Positions 57,155 to 64,000 of a stretch of DNA of 64,000 nucleotides are shown one piece after another. Every line of letters starts with the position of its first letter. The stretch's first letter is position 1. The notes under the pieces are model-generated. The model ran no database searches, was not told the origin of the DNA, and saw only the letters and a program-made list of their open reading frames with translations. The translations under genes were made by a program, and so were the position numbers. Source of the stretch: Macrostomum lignano (Eukaryota); the NCBI GenBank assembly GCA_002269645.1, contig NIVC01002033.1:146742-210741 (forward strand), in the 5' to 3' direction.

Positions 57155-60100
57155 ATGCACCCATACTTACTGTCGGTTAATCCATTAACAATCGCCATTG
57201 CAATATTAGTCGGCGTACTTGTGCTGGTATGGTTCTGCTGGTATAGTCCAAATTTAACGCCGGTGAGTATAAAACCCGTAGACATTGTTTACGATTTCAG
57301 CCTTTTTAGAGGTGAATCAGATGAATCAGACGAAATGTAATACAGAGTAATACGGAAACTACGAGTCAACAGTACAAATGACTCCAACTCTTCCCTCTCC
57401 CTCCTCCGCAGTCTGCCGATGTTTCAAGCAAAAAACGCAAGAGAAAGAAAAAGAACAAAAACAAAGCAACACCGGTAAGTTATCGTCAAATCACCATATC
57501 TAATCTTAGATCGCTTCTTAACAAGCCTAAATAACCAGTGCTTTTTCTAGCAGCCAAACCAAAGTGACATCAGTCAACTTGACGCCGGCAAGCAGACCAC
57601 AACGGAGAGCAACACCAATGTGGAAAGCCATGAGCTCCGTAGGAACGTCTCCGGAACGTCGAGCTTTCTGGGTTCAAAAAGTGAAAATCAGAATCCCTCT
57701 TCTGACAGGGATTTAAGTACAAGTACATCAAGCCAACAGAGAGATGGCCAAAGTGGACTCTTGCTGGTGAAACCTGCCACTGACCAAATTGAAGACTATC
57801 CAGCACAGCACACGGAAAAACACACGACGCCTGCGCTTAACTCTGCGAACCGTAAGTGACGATACGAGCTACAGTGTCAGGGTTTTCCGATATAAAAGAC
57901 AGGCGCTGATTTATAGAATCTTTAAATAAAAAAATAGGTTTCGAGCTGCTGGATCAGCTGGAGAATTCAGATGCAGAGGACAACAACATCAACACTGACA
58001 ATTTTGATAGCATCATGTTAAAAAAGCGTAAGTTTTTTGTTTTGAATTAATGAATGAATAGTTCAACTATTCTGGACAAACGTTTTTTCAAACTCAAACT
58101 ACAGATCCACCGCTTCGAAGCGAGAAGGCATTTCACGAGCTTTCACGGGACCAAAAGTTTTTTGTGTACTTGCTATGCAAGAATATCAAGGAGTCGACCC
58201 ACGTCGATTTCAAAACATCCGTGAACGAGTCTAGTGACTGGAAGTTCCGTATGCTCAAGACCGCCTGTTCCATGTACAACGGACTTCACCCGGACCTGAG
58301 GGAGCCCAGCTTGACTGACAAGTCCTGTTTCAGCTCCTACATTGTTTATGGCGTGAAGGAGCTTGACAGAAAGACTGGTGACAAGAAGCACGAATTTGCT
58401 CCTCTTTCAAAGTACCCGGGCGAGGAAGAGATCCAGGATTGTTTCCGAAACAATACCACTCCATTTGTGAAATGCTATTTTCACCTAATCCGTTTTGATT
58501 CTGAGCTTTGTCTGAAGAACATGGGACTCACTATTCCAGCAGGTAGCTACGGCATGCTAGAGATCCCTAGAGGTGAGTCCGGTCCGGCTGTGTTCAGGGA
58601 CTGCCGTGCGAAGTCGACTGCCGACGCTTCTCGAAAAAGCAAATCCGAAAAACAATCAAAGCGACTGTTGTATGCAAGAAGCGATGCACAGAACGTGCAA
58701 GAGTGTAACTGGGATGACGACTTTAGAAACTTGGTCTATTCTCAATTTGAATCAAAATGTGACGTAAGCCAGCTGTACTGGGCGAAAGAAGACATTATTC
58801 AAGCCAAAAACGCATTCCGAGTCTTGATAATCACAAAGTTTTCTGCAGCAAAGAACGCTAGAGAGCGTGAAACTCTTGCAAAGTCGCTTGGTCGAGGCAC
58901 GTGGGACGTAGTTTTGGATTTCGATAGGGATAGCCGCAAGGAAGGAGGCATCTTCACCTTTATGGAAGAAGAAATGCGCAAGTTAGGTCGACTGAGCACG
59001 GTAAAGTCGTGGGAGGACCTTTCCACTCTGCAGACCCACGACATTGAAGAGTGCCAAAGCGGTCATCGAACAATTTACGTTCAAGTGATGGGATGCAGCG
59101 AGACAGGCAAAGCAGGACCGACTAATGAACACAAGCTCAAGAAGCTGCTGAGAACCAACTTGCTAAATGCCATATTTGAGAAGAACCAGCGTCCTAGACC
59201 AGTGTTGTGTACGTCTCTATGCCTCTGCACCTCATTTTTGGAAATTGAAAATTTACCAATGAGTCCCACAGACGCTGAGTGCCATCTAAGAGAGGCATTC
59301 TTGTCCGAGTCTAACAATGAAGATGCCTTTAAAGCGTATACCATGTACGTTCAGCAGCAAGTGCTATCCGGCCTAAGCGATCAGCTAAGGAAAGTCTATA
59401 AGAATCAAAGTCTGCAAGAACACTTGATTATCGTTCCTGTGAATCAGTTATGCCATCTATTTGAGTCTATTTATCCTTCAATGGTTGCACTGAAACAATA
59501 CGAGCTGCCTGGAAAGCACGGCCAAATATCTTTGGCTCGCGAGCAGTTCGCGACGTTTAAACCGTACCTCCGGCTTTACCACATCCAGTCTGGTCAGTCC
59601 AAGTATCTCAGCAAGGCCCTCGATCAGAAGGAACAGTACACTAATCAAGTTCGCCGTCAGTTCTTAGCTGGAAACGAACTCACAAAGGAGATGCTCCATC
59701 TGCATGATGAGCTACGATACCAAAACAGTGGAATATATGTTGAGCGAAGACAAGTTGAGACGCAGAAAGAAAAAGTGAGCAAATCTCTTAGCCATTGCGG
59801 CAACCGTTCTTTCACAACCTGGGACACCAACGTCAGGCAGATCATTCGCTTACCTCACGAGGCAGTATCTGGTGCGTCAACGATCGCCAAAATCGTGCTT
59901 TGGCGTCTTCGTAAAGAGTACCCTTGCATTGAAGTGAAGTGCTTCGATCGAATGCAGGAAGTGTCTGAAGGTATTTGTACCCTGCACAAGAAGACAGAGC
60001 TACCTGTCCTAGTGCTGTTCGACTCTAAGGAATTCCCACACTCATCTGTTCACGCGTTTGCGTCAGAGTTGAACAGGCGCGTTTCTGCGCCAAGATTTGT

Positions 60101-60662
60101 TGCCGTTTGCGTGGAGCAAGTTCAGTCCAATAAAGAAACTAACAGGAAACGGTGCTACTTTGAGATTCCAGTTTTGACGGCAAAACTTAGCCCAGACGAG
60201 GCAAATGCATTCACGAAAATATACATGGAATCCGGAGGCGATGAGAATCGCAAGTTGACGGACAAAGTCGAAAAGGAAACTGATCGAACACCGTTCCTTT
60301 TCGGCGTCTGGCACTTTAGAAAGGATTATGGAAAGATTAACGTGTTTATTCAGTCTCTTCTAGAGGATTGTGAAAACAAAAAGAATTCTCTTCTGCGCTT
60401 TGCCTGCCTGACGAAGTATTTCACGCACTCATCTTTGAACTTATCGATAGCGGCCAAATTTCTGGACCTTCCTCCAGAACAGAAGGATCCTTTACAGGTG
60501 TTGGAACACTTGGAAGAACAGCGATATCTATTAACTGTGAAAAGAATGCGGAAAGGATGGGGTTGGCCCCAATATCGATTGTCGGCGAGAAAATTCTTGA
60601 ATATCTTTTTGAAGATATCAGTCCTATCGAGCGAGAAGGAGAACAAGTCAGAATGTTTGTGA
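57155..60662 (+). CDS. SAMD9-like: SAMD9/SAMD9L-family protein with an N-terminal TM helix: TM - basic patch - AlbA_2 - SIR2-like - STAND P-loop
   Basis: Exons 57155-57262, 57412-57474, 57551-57851, 57938-58027 and 58105-onward, phase-consistent. Motifs HVDFK..KFRMLKTACSMYN..IVYGVKE (AlbA_2), WDVVLDFDRDS (cf. SAMD9 WFAVLEFDPES), RRQFLAG..YVERR and IIRLPHEAVSGASTIAKIVLWRLRKEYPC (cf. [29 protein letters not shown]). Recognised from memory, not by search. Confidence 0.8.
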
Positions 60663-62260
60663 GCAGTCTGTGCAAAATGGGTGAAGAAGGACCCGACTCT
60701 CTGCTTTCCTGCTTGACCTACCTGGTACGAAGGTTGATTTCTTGCCAGAAAAGGACAAAACATCCTAAGTTAACTGACTTCTTCATGACTCTTCACGAGA
60801 ACCTTCCATTGGAAGAAATTGAGCGCATATTCACGAGACTAGCAAATGCTTTTCCAGAAACAAAGTCTCACACGCTGGTCCACTTTGCTCGCTATGTTGC
60901 ATACCACCAGAAGGATCATACAAAATCTATCGTTTTTGTCCGTAAGGCATTGGACATAACTGAAGATGCGACATTCTTCTCGGACACAACTTGCACTGAT
61001 GATGTAGTCCTTGTTTATCCGCTCACCTCATTAACTGTCGCGTGAGCTCCGGTCCAGAGATATCTTTTCAAGAGGCTCAGGCGTGGGCTGTCGAAAGCAT
61101 TCGCCTGTGCAAGAAGATTCAAAAAAGAGTTCCCGCAAAGTCAACTGGAGATTTCGTTTACAAAGCGCACCGTTTGTTTACGAAATTCAGGCGCAGCGCA
61201 TACTGCTAAATCGTTTCTTCGAAACTGAGTGTCACTCTGACAGCGAAATTTACTTTCAGGAGATTGAAAACGACTGCTTCTGTGTTGCTAGAGAAGCACA
61301 TCAGAAAATAATTGAGAATGTTTTAAACCTGGAGAAGATGCATGAAGAAGGCGAAGTGGACTCGGAAACGCTAACCGAAAAGGATATGGGAAAACTAAAT
61401 GATGCAAAAGAAGAATTTATCAGCCGCTATCGCTTCTCTCATCGGCCATCAATGCAAGCAGCGTGAAGCTTCGAACAGACATCAAGGACAATGCCTATGC
61501 GTGGACGATTGTGGATGTGTACACCCAGAGCAAGAAGGCATCTAAGGATTCGCTCTATGGGATATTTATGAGTCCGATGATAACAAGCTGCTGGCGCGAC
61601 TTATGTGGGATCGCGTCTGGCGACTAAAAGGAGTGAATGCGAAGGACTCTGAGTCACTTTTAGAGATTTTGCTGCAGTGCAAATCGAAGCTGTCGCGTAC
61701 TTACTTGGAAGCTGTGTGCTAACTATCTTGTCTCGACCTACAAAGGACGTGCTAGAACGGGGCATTCAACTTGCTGCGATTGGCGAACGAAGTTCACTAC
61801 TGACGTCATTGCCAATTTCATACACGGCGCGTTCTATCTGGCCTCTGCGCTCTCTCGGAGCCGAACGGATCCAAAGCGAAAAGAACATCTGCAGGAGGCC
61901 AAGCAGCTGATGGAAAGGTGCGATCGCCTGACGAAACGGGACGATCCGTGCCATCAGGGAAGCTCCAAGACGTTTCCTGGACGAAACGTGCCCCGACTTG
62001 TTCTCGCAGGTGATAACTTGAAAGCTTTGATTTACGCTACCGAGACGACGCTCGTTCGAAGAGCAACAAAAGTACATCCTGAACGAGACTCGCTATAGAA
62101 CATTCACTGGCTACCTGAACGACAACCGATCGAGTGGTCTGCGAAGACTTGACTGCTGGGTGGCTTCGAGTGCCCGAGAACTCGTTGCGAAAAGAAGAAT
62201 TTCGTCAAAGGCGCAAGGTGTCGTTTGCCATTGCGTTAGCCTACAGTGACCTGTGCCTTT
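60557..62260 (+). pseudogene. Frameshifted C-terminal (helical/TPR-like and OB-fold-like) part of the SAMD9-like gene
   Basis: Coding-like segments continue in alternating frames (60557-61045, 61083-61466, ~61545-61725, ~61725-62098, ~62100-62260), ending in RKVSFAIALAY, similar to the SAMD9 C-terminus. Confidence 0.65.
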
Positions 62261-63509
62261 CATGATCTGACGTCACTTTTTGGTCGATTGAAGTTTTGAG
62301 GTACATGTGACTGGTAACTACATAGTGCATAGGGATAATTTCCATCTGAAATTTATTCTGCGGCTAAGTTAAGTAAAGCAGGCAACAACAAAAACAGAAA
62401 AAAAGATTTAAACTATACATCTGAAGTTGATTTTGTTAAAGTTTAAAACCCACCTTCAAGTTGACAATAAAAATATTTGTTTGGCGGAGTATCAGGAATT
62501 TCAAAACGATATTGAACGATACTATTCGATATGAATCGAGATTATATTGCCAATTTTGGCTACCAATTTCTGGAAGTTTGCCTGCCTAGGCTAAGTTTCT
62601 TTGTTTATCAATTTTGATTAACTTGTCTGATAGATTATCCAGCTTTGCACTTTTATTCATTTTGCATGTTCACTATCTATAAAAAGCTTTAATTTTTTAG
62701 AAAGAAAAAAATATGCAGTCAAATTTAAGCAAAATTAAATAACTGTTGCATGCGGGCCCTAGTTTTTGTGAAAAATCTAATCTAATAAAACAAAAAGTCA
62801 CTTATGAACGTTTCAATGATAGAAGTATTTTCTCTTCCGAGTAAAAATTGTAAGAAATTATTTATTCTACGAGCTAATAAAATCTAATGATTTTTTCTTT
62901 GTAATTTTTTACTTTATCCGATGCGAAATTTAAGAGAAAGTGTTTTGTTTACTATTTGATTCTTTTTACGAGCTATAATGTTTCTGTTGGCGCTTCGACG
63001 AATTTCGATCGCATATTGATTCGCATATTGAAAAAAAGTCGGTAAAATCTGCTTATTTCTACAATATCAATCTAAATATAATATATATTTGGCGTTTCAA
63101 TAAAAGTAGTAAAATTTTTGGAAAGTTAATAAAACTTATTATACTTTAAGTAAAGTTCATATTAACCATGCTGACAGAATAATTCCACATTAAATGAATT
63201 AACTTAGTACATTACTTGGTAGATGACAAAATAACACCCTTCCAGTAATTGGTGTATGTTGATTAATATTGACGAAGTGTGACAAGAACCGAGGTTGGGG
63301 TCATCCTAGAAAGAGAAATGACGGATGACGAAATGAAGTAGGAATTAAAAAAATTTGCGTTATACTACTTGATTAGAACAGCCGGTTATGGTTGTCTATT
63401 TAGAAAAAAAGATAAAATAGTTGAATAAATTGTTAATTTTTTACGCATAAGGCCTGTAGAAAAGTAGTAATTAGGTAGGAAATTTATTATTCAAGTCGCA
63501 TTTTTATTA

Positions 63510-63775
63510 CACCTGCCTTGGTCGGCATATGTGCAAAAGCTGCGACAGCACAGGCTGTGGCTATTGCTGTTCAGTCGAAGGACTGGGGGGTCGCCACACA
63601 CACTCTCAGTTACCCCAGCTAATGCTGGTGCCAATTTTACAGCTGGTGAAACTGAAGCAATGCAGAGAGTAAAGTGTTTTTGCTCAAGGACAGAAATTGT
63701 TCCGAGTGAGTCGAGAATCGAACCACCGGACCTTTCAGTCGTGAGTCTTGACGCTCTGACCACTGGCTACAACTG
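63510..63775 (-). mobile_element. CORE-type tRNA-derived SINE
   Basis: Minus strand: TAGCCAGTGG (A box), GGTTCGATTCTC (B box), then GTCCTTGAGCAAAAACACTTTACTCTCTGCATTGCTTCAGTTTCACCAGCTGTAAAATTGG, resembling the MIR CORE. Confidence 0.8.
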
Positions 63776-64000
63776 TTTCATAGCATATAGGTTTTTCCTT
63801 CACAGCTATGCAGCAAAGTCTGTCGATGTAGAAGTCAAAATTATTTAATAAAACCAGACTGATATATTAGTCATTCAGAAGTCCTTGAACCTCGCGGAGA
63901 GTTGAGTTGCCAAAAATCTTGCGACTAAAATTGGATCATGCCTTAGAACATGACTCTACAGAAGCATCGGCATTCCACTGAAAATTTAGAAATAAATAAA

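Overview
Eukaryotic (metazoan) genomic DNA with spliceosomal introns, GC-rich exons and very dense mini/microsatellites. The style suggests a free-living flatworm such as Macrostomum, but this is an inference that was not tested. Hand-built gene models, with exon phases checked: (1) an intronless mitochondrial uncoupling protein gene (2759-3742); (2) two tandem paralogs encoding a secreted PAN/Apple-like + ALK/LTK-type glycine-rich-domain protein (6087-10521 and 12976-15417, minus), each with one apparent lesion; (3) two near-identical tandem copies of a 62-aa prepropeptide predicted to release the amidated cationic octapeptide FVRVRVRL-NH2 (21486-21674, 24232-24420); (4) a 16-exon, ~845-aa EF-hand protein gene (27322-45405) that needs an 8-nt microexon and hosts a full-length young Ty3/Gypsy element with identical LTRs; (5) a type-I membrane EGF/TSP1 protein (47042-50427); (6) a short tensin-like SH2-PTB protein (51318-55208); (7) a SAMD9-family AlbA_2/SIR2-like/STAND gene whose N-terminus is a transmembrane anchor rather than a SAM domain and whose C-terminal half is frameshifted (57155-~62260). 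Mobile DNA includes a 5'-truncated RTE LINE with TSD, a decayed Gypsy, tRNA-derived SINEs (including CORE-type) and a hAT MITE. The best candidates for undescribed biology are the duplicated FVRVRVRL-amide precursor and the membrane-anchored SAMD9-like gene. Some single-base lesions may be assembly errors.
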